From a virus (Duplodnaviria; Caudoviricetes): a DNA stretch of 62,400 nucleotides. Made by a program: the position numbers and the translations under genes. The DNA lies in the IMG/VR virus record IMGVR_UViG_3300030430_003380, positions 1-62,400 of that record, one strand, 5' to 3'. Below the pieces are notes generated by a model. The model had not been told where the DNA came from. It ran no database searches and saw only the letters and a program-made list of their open reading frames with translations. This document shows, in pieces, positions 34,305-46,400 of this stretch (position 1 is the first letter of the stretch; each line of letters starts with the position of its first letter).

Positions 34305-36164
34305 TTATTTAGACTTGCGAATTGCTTGCAAAATATCTGTCATTGTGAATGGAGTACCTGGAGAAAAATCTTTACCACCGTCCATTTTTTTAGTATATGG
34401 GATTGTTAAAACACCATTACTACTAAGACTTGGGGTTCTTACACCAATATTATTATATGATTTCCAAAAAACTTTTCTAACACCACTCTTACGAAGTTGA
34501 TCATAATTATCCTCAGTTAAACTGTTTTCAAAAGGATAAGATTTACCACCTATTTCTATATTACCATCAGTAGATGGAGGTTTAAGACCTAAATACGCAT
34601 CAACCTCAAAATCACTTTTAGGAACTTCTTGTACTGAAGTAGTTGATCCTCCTGGTTTATTCTTATTAAAGTTTGAAGCGTTATTTTCTTTAGGAGGGTT
34701 TTGTTTCTTTTGTAACTTATAATACTCAAACTGTTGTAAATGTACTGATGGTTTAGCATTTCCAACAACTTTGAATGGAGCTGAACTCATATTATCAAAA
34801 CTAACTAAAACAGTGTTATTAGTTCCAGGTAACTTATATTCACCAACAAAATCCCCATTTGCAAGTTGCATTGTCTTTACAAGTTGAGCATTTTCAAATA
34901 ATGCGTCTTCTCCTACTTTACTTGCTGATACTTCTAAAAGTTGTTCAAAAGTTATAGATTCTCCGTTTGGATCTGTAAATTCTTGTTGTTTATTATTTGG
35001 TCCAACATAAATATCTTTAGATGATATATCAAGTTTACTATCAAAATCTTTTAACTCAACAGGTATATCTGTCCCTTCAGCAGCAACAAATCCATTATAA
35101 GAGTTACTACCTGGCTTTGGATTATTGTATTTACCTACAAACTCTGGAGTTAGGATGCTGCTAGATTTATCATCATCATCTTTGTCAACCTTCTTATAAC
35201 TCTGTTTTATAACCTCTTCTTTTCTCAAGTCTTTTGTTAAATCTTTTGCCAACCATTTAGCGTACTGATCTGCAAGATCTGCATTGTAAGAATCGCTTTT
35301 AGGGTCCAATACTTCAGGGCTATCAATACCCTTAGTATTTTCTTCTTCAAAAAATCTAGTTTGATTTGATTGATCCATATAGTCAACTATCCAAGTAGAC
35401 TTAGCAACCTCACCAGTAGGTAAGTAAAGCTCGTTTGGGTTTAACTGCTCATAGATCTCATTTTCTATCTGATCTAATCTTTGATCTGTATAAAAACCAG
35501 TAGTTGTTTGAATATTATTAGCTATAGAAATTCTCTGGTCTCTAGTCTCTAAAAGACCACCCTTGCCTTTTTGCTTTTCTATATACATAGTACTACCTCT
35601 CTTAGGCTCTGGAGTACCTTTCATCGTAGGTAAATCTACAGGAAGGTTAGGGTTTATTTCACCATTCTTCAAACCTTCAAGAAACAATTTCTCATGAAAA
35701 TCAATTAAATAAGTACCCTCTTTAGACTTTTTATAGAGGTTAATATTAGTACCCTCTGTTCTCATGTCGTTAACAGTAGCATTGTAGTTTGTTGTTCTAT
35801 CTTTTAAAAAAGTTACATCCTGAAGTATTTGATCTTCTCTTCTTCTATACTCAGCTAAAGACTCATCTTTTATATTACCATTTTCATCCATGTTTTCGGT
35901 AATCCATTCATGATGACCTTTAATCTTACCAGCTATATAAGGTTGATAGTTAACATGAATCTCACCTTTATCAAAATACTCATCATAAAGGTTTTCTCTA
36001 TTCTCTCTTCTACGTTTAGCTCTAAGTTCTTCGTTTCGCTTTTGCTCTTCTTTGAACCTAGCAACATCTTGTAGGTGAGTTTGAATATCTCTAGATTCCT
36101 GTACTAAGTCCCTATTATTAAGATTACCTGCATCACCAATTCCAAATAGTCCTTCGTAAGCCAT
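34305..36164 (-). CDS. Putative internal virion/ejection protein
   Basis: Position between muzzle and giant protein; charged helical N-terminus. Confidence 0.6.
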   Translation of the reverse strand: MAYEGLFGIGDAGNLNNRDLVQESRDIQTHLQDVARFKEEQKRNEELRAKRRRENRENLYDEYFDKGEIHVNYQPYIAGKIKGHHEWITENMDENGNIKDESLAEYRRREDQILQDVTFLKDRTTNYNATVNDMRTEGTNINLYKKSKEGTYLIDFHEKLFLEGLKNGEINPNLPVDLPTMKGTPEPKRGSTMYIEKQKGKGGLLETRDQRISIANNIQTTTGFYTDQRLDQIENEIYEQLNPNELYLPTGEVAKSTWIVDYMDQSNQTRFFEEENTKGIDSPEVLDPKSDSYNADLADQYAKWLAKDLTKDLRKEEVIKQSYKKVDKDDDDKSSSILTPEFVGKYNNPKPGSNSYNGFVAAEGTDIPVELKDFDSKLDISSKDIYVGPNNKQQEFTDPNGESITFEQLLEVSASKVGEDALFENAQLVKTMQLANGDFVGEYKLPGTNNTVLVSFDNMSSAPFKVVGNAKPSVHLQQFEYYKLQKKQNPPKENNASNFNKNKPGGSTTSVQEVPKSDFEVDAYLGLKPPSTDGNIEIGGKSYPFENSLTEDNYDQLRKSGVRKVFWKSYNNIGVRTPSLSSNGVLTIPYTKKMDGGKDFSPGTPFTMTDILQAIRKSK

Positions 36165-36167
36165 TTC

Positions 36168-37187
36168 TTAATAGTTAAATTTTAATCTGTTTTTTATTTT
36201 AGATAAGTAGCTACCACCATGCTCCATCATTGTAGGTTCTTCTTCCTTCATAGGTTGTTCTTGTCTCATAGAATCTTCTTTCTTCATAGGAGCTTCAGTC
36301 TCTTTAGCTGATATAACATTGCTATCATACTTTTCAAAAAGTTGTTTTAGTAAAGACATAAGAGCTTTACCATCACCTTTCTCCATAAGCATCTCTATTT
36401 GAGCTCTGTCATCTGGTGGCATTATAATTTCTTGACCTGTCATCTCACCAATCTTTTCACCATCTTGAACTATGTCAATAGGGTTAGTATCGTGGCTAAA
36501 CTCATCAGGAGTTGTACCACCTTCTTCAGCTTCCAATTTAGCACCTTTCTTACCCATAAAAGCCTCTTGTATATCCTCACCAAACAACCCTTCAGAAGCA
36601 CCTGTTTGTATACCACCCAATACACCACTCATAATACCTTCAGTACCCTGAGTTCCTTGCTTAACAGCAGACTCTAATTCTTTTTGCAATCCTGCAGCTT
36701 CAGTTGTAGCCAACGCAACATCTTTTTCTTCAGCCTTTTCTTCTGCTGTCGCTAAGTTTTTCAAAGCTGCAGTTTTAGCAGTTTGCTGTACGTCAAGTAA
36801 ATCTAACCTATCTTTAGCGGCTTGCCTTTCCATACCCATAGCTACAGGTAGGGCATTTCTAGGATCTCTAGATAAGTTTGCCATCGCTGTAGCAAAGTTA
36901 GCTGCTCTAGCATCTTCTAATCCCTCTATATAATCTTGATCAACAGGCTCATCAACCATTTCTCTAAAAGTTGATGGTACCTCGTAAGTTAAACGACCAC
37001 TAGCTTTAAGGTCGTCAATAGCACTTCGTGCATCTCTTTCTCTGTCCTTACCTCTTTTTCTGTCAAATATTCCTTTAATACCTTGACCTATAAAAGGCAA
37101 GGCTTTTATTCCTAAAGCTGCAAGTTCTGCTCCAGTCAAAGCTTTTTTTACTTTTTTATTCTTATTATATTTAGGATAGTATGCCAT
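36168..37187 (-). CDS. Putative internal virion/ejection (pilot-like) protein
   Basis: Gly/Ala-rich hydrophobic ends flanking a coiled coil; FSH..NP...GEMTGQE motif. Confidence 0.65.
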   Translation of the reverse strand: MAYYPKYNKNKKVKKALTGAELAALGIKALPFIGQGIKGIFDRKRGKDRERDARSAIDDLKASGRLTYEVPSTFREMVDEPVDQDYIEGLEDARAANFATAMANLSRDPRNALPVAMGMERQAAKDRLDLLDVQQTAKTAALKNLATAEEKAEEKDVALATTEAAGLQKELESAVKQGTQGTEGIMSGVLGGIQTGASEGLFGEDIQEAFMGKKGAKLEAEEGGTTPDEFSHDTNPIDIVQDGEKIGEMTGQEIIMPPDDRAQIEMLMEKGDGKALMSLLKQLFEKYDSNVISAKETEAPMKKEDSMRQEQPMKEEEPTMMEHGGSYLSKIKNRLKFNY

Positions 37188-37201
37188 TTTTTAGATTTTT
37201 A

Positions 37202-37209
37202 CAAATGTA
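37202..37209 (-). promoter_or_regulatory. -7 promoter element TACATTTG
   Basis: Exact consensus upstream of 37187. Confidence 0.65.
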
Positions 37210-37223
37210 CTAATTTTTTTTCA

Positions 37224-40200
37224 TTATTTATTACTGAGCTCACTCTTGTCTACATCTACGTTTGCAGCGTATAAGTTAAACTTATATTTAGATTGATACC
37301 AGTGAGATGTAAGTATTGTTTTAAGGTAGTGACCCTTAAGTTTTTCACCATCTATAAGCCCTTCTTTAACTATAAAGTAAAACTTACGACCTTGGAGACT
37401 ACTGTAGTTAACCGTAGAAATAAAGTCAACACTATTCTCTGATATGTTATAAACCCAACCCGAATGAGTGGTCTCTCCAGTTTTAGTATCCATACAATGT
37501 AAAGAATATTCACATGGGTAAACAGATGCATTTGACTTAGATGATGTTCCGTTTTTAGCTACAAAAATACCACTAGGTGGATTTACTTTTTGAACCCTTA
37601 ATTTAGTTATACTAAATTCAGGTTGATTAATAGTTGTTTTTATATATAAATAAGGATCAAGATTAATATCACCAGATGTTATTTCAATAGAAAAATTTCT
37701 ATTAGTATTTCTAGAATTAATTGTAATAGTTTCAAACCCTGTATTTTTAGATGGCAAACCCAAACTTCCACTTAAATTAGTTTCACCACCAAGTCTGAAA
37801 GATAAATTAATATTACCTCTTTGTATTCTTTCTGTTTTAACATGAAAAGAAATTATATAAGTAGATCCAGAACTAAAATTTAAAGAAGAAGTTGTTCTTA
37901 CCTGAGAAAAAGCGTTTTGTTTACTAAAATGTAAAACGTTACCACTGCTATTTTTATTTTCTTGAACTTTAACTCCTGCATTTAAAACAGTCCAATCAGA
38001 GGCGTTTGAAAAGCTTCCTTTATTGGAAAGAATATCATCACCAACTGTATTTTTGCTTTTAATATTAAAAACTTCTTCAAACTTAAAATCTCTTTTTACA
38101 TTATAAATACCATATATACCTCCAGGTATTATATTAGAAACAGACACAACCTTATTACCAATAAAAGGAAATTTGTTTATTTCAAAACGACCATTAAGAG
38201 AAAAACTACCACCAGAATACCTCCTTGCATTAAAAATACCCAATCCAAAAATATTAGAAGCATCTCCATTAAAGTCACCTTGAAGCTCACCATATCCCTG
38301 TATATTAAATTTACTTGCAGCAAAAGGAATTTGAGAATATTGAATACCTTCTTTTGTTTTATAATCAATAACATCAATTCTATTATTTTTTGATATATGA
38401 TTAACAGTATTATCTAAAGTTATTTTTTGTTTTGTTAAAATATTTTTAACTACATTGTATTGAGCTGAATCATTTTCGCTATTATAAAACCTAATTAAAT
38501 CTCCTGGAGCTAAATCTTTGTAAAAGTTAGATGAAGATGTACCATAAAGACAATAAGGTGAGTTTGCCTGTGTAGATATAAGACCATCAACTTTTTTATA
38601 ACCTATTTGAGTAGATATAACAGAGTCATAAGAGTTATTATGCTGACCCATGTTTGTAGACATATTAGTTAAAAGTTTTGTGTCACTCTCTAAAGATATA
38701 GCATTATAAGTTTTTACAGACGAAGTATCTGAGTTAAAAGGAAACTCTATATTTGAGTTATATCTAATACCATAAAAAGTATTAAAGTTAGATCTATTTT
38801 CTGTATTGTGTTTATATATTTTACCATTTTTATATGTAACAAATTGTCTATTTATTTTACCGTAAAATTCTGGTTTGTAACTATAAAAAGATGTCCATTT
38901 TTTTAGGGTATCATTAAAAGATATGGTTTTAGAAGGATCGTAACCTTCAATAAATACATTTTCAATTAAAGAGTAGGACTCATCAAAATTAACATTACTA
39001 GATCCCCAAAAGCCAGAATTTTCGTAACCTTCAGTTTTTAAAACCCTTGGTAGCGTGATTATATATTCATCATACTTAGGGTCATACCCAGCAACAATTT
39101 TAATATTTTCAACTTTTTCCTCTACATACTTTTGACTTTTATCTCTAAAATAATCGGACATTCCATAGTCAGATATTCTTGTTATACCATCTCTACTAAG
39201 TCTTAGAACAGAACCTCTCTTTATATCTACAAAATAAAATCTATCGTTATTCTCAACTATACTCTCAGGATTAAGGCTACATCCATTTTCTGCAGAATAC
39301 ACCTGAGCATAGTCAGCTAGTATATCTTTAGACAGAGTTAGGTTAGAAGCACCATCAGCATAATTAACTATATTCTTGCCAACCAAAGTTCTACCTACTC
39401 TATTCTCGTGAAATATTAAAAGATCATCACCCTTAATCATTAAAGATTGTATTGACCCAAAGTCTTGATTATAGTCGTAATATGGAGATATTGCCATGTC
39501 AAAAGTACTAAAACCATTAAAATTACCTGTGCTGGTAAAAACATCAGAGTAATATACTGAGGCTGACAGCCTTCTTTCCTCAGAGTAAGGGTTTACTATA
39601 TTAACCCTACCCTTATCCCAGTTGTTAGAATTATAAAAGTCTGTTAGGTAATAGCTCTCGCAAGCAAAAACTTGAGGTGCAATACCTGTAGTATCAGCTT
39701 CACCTTCACTATTAACAGCAGCATCTTGATGATGAAGAGTCATAACCCTTCTTCTAGTGTAAACATCACCATGAAGTAAAGTTCCCTCTGCAAAGTTTGT
39801 AGTGCTGTTTCCACTATCATCAATAGGTCCCTGTAAACCATCTATAGCTGTAACCTCCATTCTAGACTCCTCGTCAAAAAAGTAATCAGAACCTTGACCC
39901 TGATGGGATCTAAAATCAGTTCCTGGATTCTCTATCTCAAATTTTTCACCTACCTCATAAAACAAACCAGAAACTTCTGATTGTATAGATTTTTTAGGTC
40001 TATATATCTCTACTATAAGCTTGTGATAACCATTATGAGAAAAATCATCGTCAGTATGATCAACTTGAGAGTGATCAACAGCTATACTCCCATCAATATT
40101 TCCATCATTTGATATAGAAAAATCTATATCGTTATTAGCATCTGTAGGGCTATCTATAACAATGTAAAATCCTGGAATAAGGTTAGATCCTCCAACAGCA

Positions 40201-43200
40201 TCCTGAATCTCTTCTCTAGTGTAAAAATCATAAGATGATATAGGGACATCTATATTCTCTTTAAAATACCTCCTATTGTCTTCATTACCACCACCAAAAG
40301 ATATATATCTAACTCTATCTCCTTTTGCGTAAACATAATCTATTATAGCTGACGTAGAGTCTATATAACTATCCACATCAACACTTTCTTCACTCAATCC
40401 TTTTAATGATCCTAACCCTAAGTATATTTTATTATCTTGATTACCAGTTCCTTTATACGAGTTTAATATAGGGATTTGTATAAACTCATCTATAGTAGTG
40501 TTACCAGAGTAAACCCATTGATAATGAGTTGCCCATACTGGAGGCTTGTGATATATCTTCCACTCAAGACCATTAAATGTACTTTGAGGCTGAGCAATCT
40601 CAGTATAAAAAGGTGCGTAAACGTTTGTGCCTGAATTAAAAGTGTTTATAGCTTTTGATGTATTAACAAAAGAAGCCCTATTTGTCTCGTCATAGTACAC
40701 TAAACCAAAACCATGATTAGCTCCAGTCTTATAAGACTTACCAAAAGAAGGTGCACCACTATAAGTAGATCTTGAAGAAGTAAGCCCACCATGAAACATA
40801 TTTGTAGTACCACCTGAGCTAGTTCCCTTACCTGCGAAATTTAGATTAGCAGTAGTACCTATAGCAGTTTCAGAATAATTAGTATCATTTGTTATTATAT
40901 CAATTCCTACAGAATCAGGTAGTGGGTCATAATTTTCTGGATAAGTAAAAGTTATAGACAATTTTTTAGTAGACGAATTGTAAGACGCTACTGTTAAATC
41001 ATGCACAGGTAGGGTTTGAACATCATTATATATAGCTGATCCTCCATCTATAAAGTAACCAAAACTAGTATCTAAAAAAAAGTCTCCAACGTTAATTCTC
41101 TCTTCAAGGTGCAAACCTATGTCGTCAACACTACCAGGATTAAATATAGACGATTCATGCGTAAAATTACCACCCCTTGGAATAATACTTGATTGACCAG
41201 GAGCTTGTCCATGATTTTGAAATAAAGTTTTAACCCAATTATATCTTAAATTTATAATACCATCACCACCGTTTGTTTCTGGGTCTAAAGGTTGTAGATT
41301 AAAGCTAACTTTAAAAACAGTGCTAATAACTGGACCACCTGCATTTATCACTTCAAAATCAGGAGCATTAGTATAATTCCCATTTTGACCACCTCCACTA
41401 ATTTTATTTATAAACTGAGTCTCAGCATCTAAAGTAGTTACAGGCTTTATCTGCAGATTGCAGTATATATCTGTATTATCATATCCATCAACAACGTTAC
41501 CATACGCTATTCTATTTTTAGGCAATATGGTTTGAGCTTTTGCTAGTTTAGGTAAAGCATCTTGAAGCTTGTCAATATCTGTTTTAGATACAAAAGGGTA
41601 GACACCATCATTCCTAAATATTGCAGTTGAAAACTTAACATTAGCCTGAATAGCTCCACCAAAAAATAAACTAGGGCTAGTTAAAAGAGATTCGTTCTTT
41701 CTTCTTTTTAAATACTTTATAAAGTCATTAGGTATAGTTTCTATAAGAAAAAACTCACCATCATTACCATCCCTAGCTACAACCTCTACCTTATCTACAT
41801 AAGATATGCTATCGTTATATTTTATGTTTATAATGTTATTTACAGCATTATTAATAGTAGTGTTGTCTTCACCAGTAATATATCTCTTGGTGTAAACACT
41901 TTGATTAGCTACATCTGATATACCACTGTAAGCCGATACAGTACCATCTTTATAAACATATCTATATCTAAACTGAAAAAACTTACCAACTATATGATTT
42001 ACCCTAGCTGGCTCTTTATTAAAAGAAAACTCTGGTTTATACCTTGGTTGATGAGATAAAGCGTCAAGATATATCATCTTATCTTCAAACTCTCCAAAAC
42101 TAATTAGAGGAGAGTAGGCATCATCAGGCTGTGCATGTAGTACCTTACCCCCAGGAGATGTTGGTTCTAAATCAATAAAAGGAGTATTAGTTATAATACC
42201 ATTATTAGTTTTTAAATCAGCGTTAAACGATGATAAATCAAAATTAGTCGTACTTATACTAAAGTTAGACCACTTAGTAGTAGCCTCAAAAGTATGTGTA
42301 TTAACTATAAAATCAACTTCAATAAAGTATGGATTACCGTTAACTACAACGCAAACAAAATCACCAGCAAATAAATCTTTAGTAGGATTTTCACCCTGCA
42401 TTGAAACAGTTTTGTCGTTAAAAGTTAGAGTAACAGAAGTTGTTCCTTTTCCAAAGGGTTTAATAATATCAACAGCCTTAGCGTAACCATTATATCCTTT
42501 ACCTAATAAAGCTGGAGATAGAATCTCAAACTGTTGAAGGTATAAATGATCGTTTTTCTTAAAAGGATGATTGTTAGTTACACCAATTAATACAGTCCTT
42601 TCTTCTTTTATTTCTTTTAACGATATATTACTTATAGTTATATCAATGCCATGCTTATTTCTTTTAATTACAAAATAAGTGTTTTTAGAATAATATTTAG
42701 TTTTGTGGGTACCAACAGTTGTTTTTATAGCAATTTGTTCAGCTTCATCGTCAGCAGTATAAGTAGCTAATCCATTATCTTTATTACTACTGTCTATATC
42801 ATAAGAAAGCTCGTAATATTTTCCAGGAGTTACTACACCTGCCTTTAATATGTTTATATCTGTCGACCCTGAAGCTTCTGTAATAAATCTAAAACTTCCA
42901 GTGTCAGAAGAAATTACATTAGAGGTTTCACCGTTTATAGTGTTATCACCATCAACAAATCTAATTTGCCAATTATTATTTGAAATAATTTCACGACCTA
43001 AAATGAAATCATTTAATATTCCTTGAAACGTAGGACCAAGTTTTATATACTGCTCGTTTCTTTTAGCCTTTTCTACATCAATTTTTCTAGGTCTATTAAA
43101 ATTATCTGTAAAGTAAAGTATGTCTTCAACTTTATTAATACCAGTTATTAAATGATCTTTATCAAAGTTTAAAACACCTTCAGTGACCCCATTACTACCT

Positions 43201-43430
43201 GTTTTACCATCTTGATAAACTACAGTAGTTTTATCCTCAATCTGATTATATTCTACAATACAATCATATTTACCAGCTACACCAACATTATCTTCGGAAT
43301 ATAAAAAATAGTATATACAATTTGTAGGTTTATCTTCATAAGAGCCTATACAAATATATTCTCCTGGTAAAGTTTTAGTAGAAAAACTTTTATATGTATT
43401 TGAGTTTTTATTTTTTACTATTAAAGACAT
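37224..43430 (-). CDS. Tail nozzle/muzzle (stabilisation) protein, main part
   Basis: CIG..ED, LNF...LITGIN...LYFTD..NRPRKI, FRYRY.Y.DG, AKAQT...NRI.YGN, G.VYYD...R, GCSLNPES, YFVD.KRG.V.RLS.DG, GYDPKYDEY, WTSFYSY.PE. Confidence 0.82.
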   Translation of the reverse strand: MSLIVKNKNSNTYKSFSTKTLPGEYICIGSYEDKPTNCIYYFLYSEDNVGVAGKYDCIVEYNQIEDKTTVVYQDGKTGSNGVTEGVLNFDKDHLITGINKVEDILYFTDNFNRPRKIDVEKAKRNEQYIKLGPTFQGILNDFILGREIISNNNWQIRFVDGDNTINGETSNVISSDTGSFRFITEASGSTDINILKAGVVTPGKYYELSYDIDSSNKDNGLATYTADDEAEQIAIKTTVGTHKTKYYSKNTYFVIKRNKHGIDITISNISLKEIKEERTVLIGVTNNHPFKKNDHLYLQQFEILSPALLGKGYNGYAKAVDIIKPFGKGTTSVTLTFNDKTVSMQGENPTKDLFAGDFVCVVVNGNPYFIEVDFIVNTHTFEATTKWSNFSISTTNFDLSSFNADLKTNNGIITNTPFIDLEPTSPGGKVLHAQPDDAYSPLISFGEFEDKMIYLDALSHQPRYKPEFSFNKEPARVNHIVGKFFQFRYRYVYKDGTVSAYSGISDVANQSVYTKRYITGEDNTTINNAVNNIINIKYNDSISYVDKVEVVARDGNDGEFFLIETIPNDFIKYLKRRKNESLLTSPSLFFGGAIQANVKFSTAIFRNDGVYPFVSKTDIDKLQDALPKLAKAQTILPKNRIAYGNVVDGYDNTDIYCNLQIKPVTTLDAETQFINKISGGGQNGNYTNAPDFEVINAGGPVISTVFKVSFNLQPLDPETNGGDGIINLRYNWVKTLFQNHGQAPGQSSIIPRGGNFTHESSIFNPGSVDDIGLHLEERINVGDFFLDTSFGYFIDGGSAIYNDVQTLPVHDLTVASYNSSTKKLSITFTYPENYDPLPDSVGIDIITNDTNYSETAIGTTANLNFAGKGTSSGGTTNMFHGGLTSSRSTYSGAPSFGKSYKTGANHGFGLVYYDETNRASFVNTSKAINTFNSGTNVYAPFYTEIAQPQSTFNGLEWKIYHKPPVWATHYQWVYSGNTTIDEFIQIPILNSYKGTGNQDNKIYLGLGSLKGLSEESVDVDSYIDSTSAIIDYVYAKGDRVRYISFGGGNEDNRRYFKENIDVPISSYDFYTREEIQDAVGGSNLIPGFYIVIDSPTDANNDIDFSISNDGNIDGSIAVDHSQVDHTDDDFSHNGYHKLIVEIYRPKKSIQSEVSGLFYEVGEKFEIENPGTDFRSHQGQGSDYFFDEESRMEVTAIDGLQGPIDDSGNSTTNFAEGTLLHGDVYTRRRVMTLHHQDAAVNSEGEADTTGIAPQVFACESYYLTDFYNSNNWDKGRVNIVNPYSEERRLSASVYYSDVFTSTGNFNGFSTFDMAISPYYDYNQDFGSIQSLMIKGDDLLIFHENRVGRTLVGKNIVNYADGASNLTLSKDILADYAQVYSAENGCSLNPESIVENNDRFYFVDIKRGSVLRLSRDGITRISDYGMSDYFRDKSQKYVEEKVENIKIVAGYDPKYDEYIITLPRVLKTEGYENSGFWGSSNVNFDESYSLIENVFIEGYDPSKTISFNDTLKKWTSFYSYKPEFYGKINRQFVTYKNGKIYKHNTENRSNFNTFYGIRYNSNIEFPFNSDTSSVKTYNAISLESDTKLLTNMSTNMGQHNNSYDSVISTQIGYKKVDGLISTQANSPYCLYGTSSSNFYKDLAPGDLIRFYNSENDSAQYNVVKNILTKQKITLDNTVNHISKNNRIDVIDYKTKEGIQYSQIPFAASKFNIQGYGELQGDFNGDASNIFGLGIFNARRYSGGSFSLNGRFEINKFPFIGNKVVSVSNIIPGGIYGIYNVKRDFKFEEVFNIKSKNTVGDDILSNKGSFSNASDWTVLNAGVKVQENKNSSGNVLHFSKQNAFSQVRTTSSLNFSSGSTYIISFHVKTERIQRGNINLSFRLGGETNLSGSLGLPSKNTGFETITINSRNTNRNFSIEITSGDINLDPYLYIKTTINQPEFSITKLRVQKVNPPSGIFVAKNGTSSKSNASVYPCEYSLHCMDTKTGETTHSGWVYNISENSVDFISTVNYSSLQGRKFYFIVKEGLIDGEKLKGHYLKTILTSHWYQSKYKFNLYAANVDVDKSELSNK

Positions 43431-43440
43431 AAAATATTAA

Positions 43441-46400
43441 TTAAAAACCAGTTATTGTAGTATATCTTGATGCGCTTGCAAAAAGAGTATGATCATCAAA
43501 ATTTGAAGCTATTATATTTCCCAACTGAGGTTCGTAAAGCCCACTAAATTGAATATCTTCTGTTGCAGGAACGTTGTCATACTGAAATTGATCAAAATAA
43601 AAGATCATTTGAATATCCCTATGTTGAAACAAATCATTTTGATTAGTTATAAATGAGTTCCATGGTGATTGAGATATATCTATACCACTAACTGCAGATA
43701 AAAAGGGAACTCCATCACCAATAGTTGATGTTTCTTCATTAAAATTAGCAAATAAACAAATTAATTTTTGAGTTGGGTATCCCAATCCAGATGGTATAAA
43801 ATCAATTGTTTGCCCATTTTGAAATCTATTTGTCAAATAATAAACTATATTATTAGTTTCACTATGTGGCTGATTTGCTAAAGCTTGACACTCGCTACCT
43901 GTAAGAATTACCAAAGTAGCAACCTCTGTTCGAGAACCGTCAATCATATATTGAATACTAAGTCTATAATCATTATTGAAATAAGCACTAAAAGATAAAG
44001 GACTACCACTTATACCACTCGTATCGGTTCCTACAAAAGTAAGCAATGTAGCCGCAACATTAGGACCTGTAAGAAAAGTTCCAGAATTATCTTGAAGATA
44101 AATTATTTGATTTTGTAAACTTATAACATTTAGCTGTGATTGTTCTAAATCAAGTTGAATTTGAGCTATCTCTTGAGCATGTTGTTCTTGTAAAGATACA
44201 AGATCTTCAGGGTTTGCTTGTGAGGCTTGAAAATAATTAACATACGCACTGTAAACTTGATTCTGAACAGCATTAGAAAAATCAAGTACGGCATCTGCAT
44301 AAGATTGAAGCCTATCTCCTATAGTTGAAACACTACCAGTACCATCAAAATATCCAGGAATAACTTTATTAAGAATATCGTTATAAACAGATTCTGACAC
44401 AAATTCACTAAGAGTGTCAAGTCCAGAGTTTTGCCAATCTAAAACAATATTATTAACCCCATTATATCTTTCAAGATAAAGTTCTTCAGCCTCTGGAACT
44501 AGATTGTTTAAATTAAAATCTATTGCTTCCTGAGCATCATTACTTAATCTAATTTGAGTCAACTTAATTTGAAAATCATTAACCTGTTGGCTGCTTACTG
44601 GTGGTGTAATTATAGTTATATTAGCCCACTTGTTTAAAAAATTTGATTCGTTGGTATCAACAACAGTAAATGTATGCTCAAAAACAGTATTACCTGTAGT
44701 ATTTAAACTTTGACTTATTTCAAATCCATAATTAATGTTACCATCCCATTGGTCAGAATCATCCCACAGATTAGTTATAAAAACATTATAGTTATTTGGT
44801 ATACTACTTGCCCCAGGACCAGTGCCTACGTCAGAACAATTAAACATCATCGTAATTGAAATTTCATTACCATTTTGCCAAGCTCCTTGATTAGTAAAAG
44901 ATGAATAAGGAAGTCTTACAGCACTATAAAGATTAGAACTTAAAGGAAGTATTAAGCCACCATTAGTTTCAGATCCAGAAGGGTTAACAATATTCCCTGA
45001 AGCATCAAAGGTAGATAAAATACTAAGGTCATTAGCATCACTAAAAAGACCCTCATATAAAATAAAATCACCTTGAAATAAACTTACGTTATTCATTCCT
45101 GGTTGATAAATTACTTGATTTTCAAGAGATAAAGCATTATATACTGTAAGAGTTTGAGAATAAGAATCACTTAAAGATGTGTATATATCATTATATTCAT
45201 TAAGTTTAGATACAATTATAGCGTCAGATATTCTTAGCTCTTCAAGTTGTGTTTGTAAATCATCAATTTGATTATTTAAGTCTTGAATAGTGGACCCAAG
45301 ACTAACTATTGTAGCACCTTGAGTAGCAATCTGTGCAGATTGATCAGATATAGTAGATTCTAAAGCTGCTACTGCAGCAACATGATCTGCAGTGAGAGCA
45401 GCTAAATCTGCATCAAACTGTGCTTGCAAAGCATCTTGTGCAGCTTGATCAGCAGTTTCTGCAGCAGCTAAAGCGTTAGCATGATTTATGTTTAATTGAT
45501 CAATTTCTGCTTGATAACCCGCTACTACGTCAGCTGTCTGTTGACTTAAAGTGTTTATTACATTAGATATAATGTCTTCAACAGATGTTATTATATTGAT
45601 AAAGTCAGTTGCTAAAGGTAAACCTGCAGCTTGTAAATGTTCTTCAAAAGATTGATTAAAATTATCTATAAAAGATGATTGGCTAGTCTGGAATTGATTA
45701 AACTGACTAATTAAAAGTATAACGTCTGCAGCTAAAGCATCAAAAGGTAAAGATCCCTGTACTGTTGGAACTATATCAGTGCTTAAATTTGTAACAGCAA
45801 TATTTAATTCCCCTAAACCAATATTCAAATTTTCTATGTCTTCAAACAACTCCGTATTTTCATCTGAAAGAATATCGTTAGCTTGGTTAAGATTGTTAAT
45901 ATTCCCCTCTAACCCAAGTATAATCTGGTTAGCATCATCTAAATCAGATTGAGTCTGACCTAAATTAGCAAGTGCTTGATCTGTTAATGCTATTTGAGCT
46001 TGAAGATCTGCTTCTAAAATACCATTATTAACGGTTTGTTGAATAGAAAATTGTTGTAAATCATTAAAATTATCAATTGCATTTTGTAAATCTTCTTGTA
46101 AAACATTATAGCTATTAACTATAGAATTTGTAATTTCAATAGAATTGTCAACTATTTGATAATTATTAAGAGTGATAAAAGTTCCATTACCAAAAATTGT
46201 AGCAGCATCTGTTTCTCCATCTGTAAATTCATTACCAGGCTGTAAGGCTACCATTAAATTTTCTGAGCTATCTAATAACGCTAGCTTAAATCTAACACCA
46301 ACAGGACCAACAACTACAATACTAAAAGAATTATTATTGCTATCAAAAGTTGCATTTTCAGAAAAAGTTAAAAAGAATTTGTCAGGATCTATATTAAAAT

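Noticed and set aside
43425-43450. Programmed frameshift/readthrough joining the 1338- and 2068-aa ORFs at GGT TTT TAA
   Set aside because: Downstream ATG is in the +1 frame, which has a TAA immediately after the slip site; the -1 and 0 frames do not reach it
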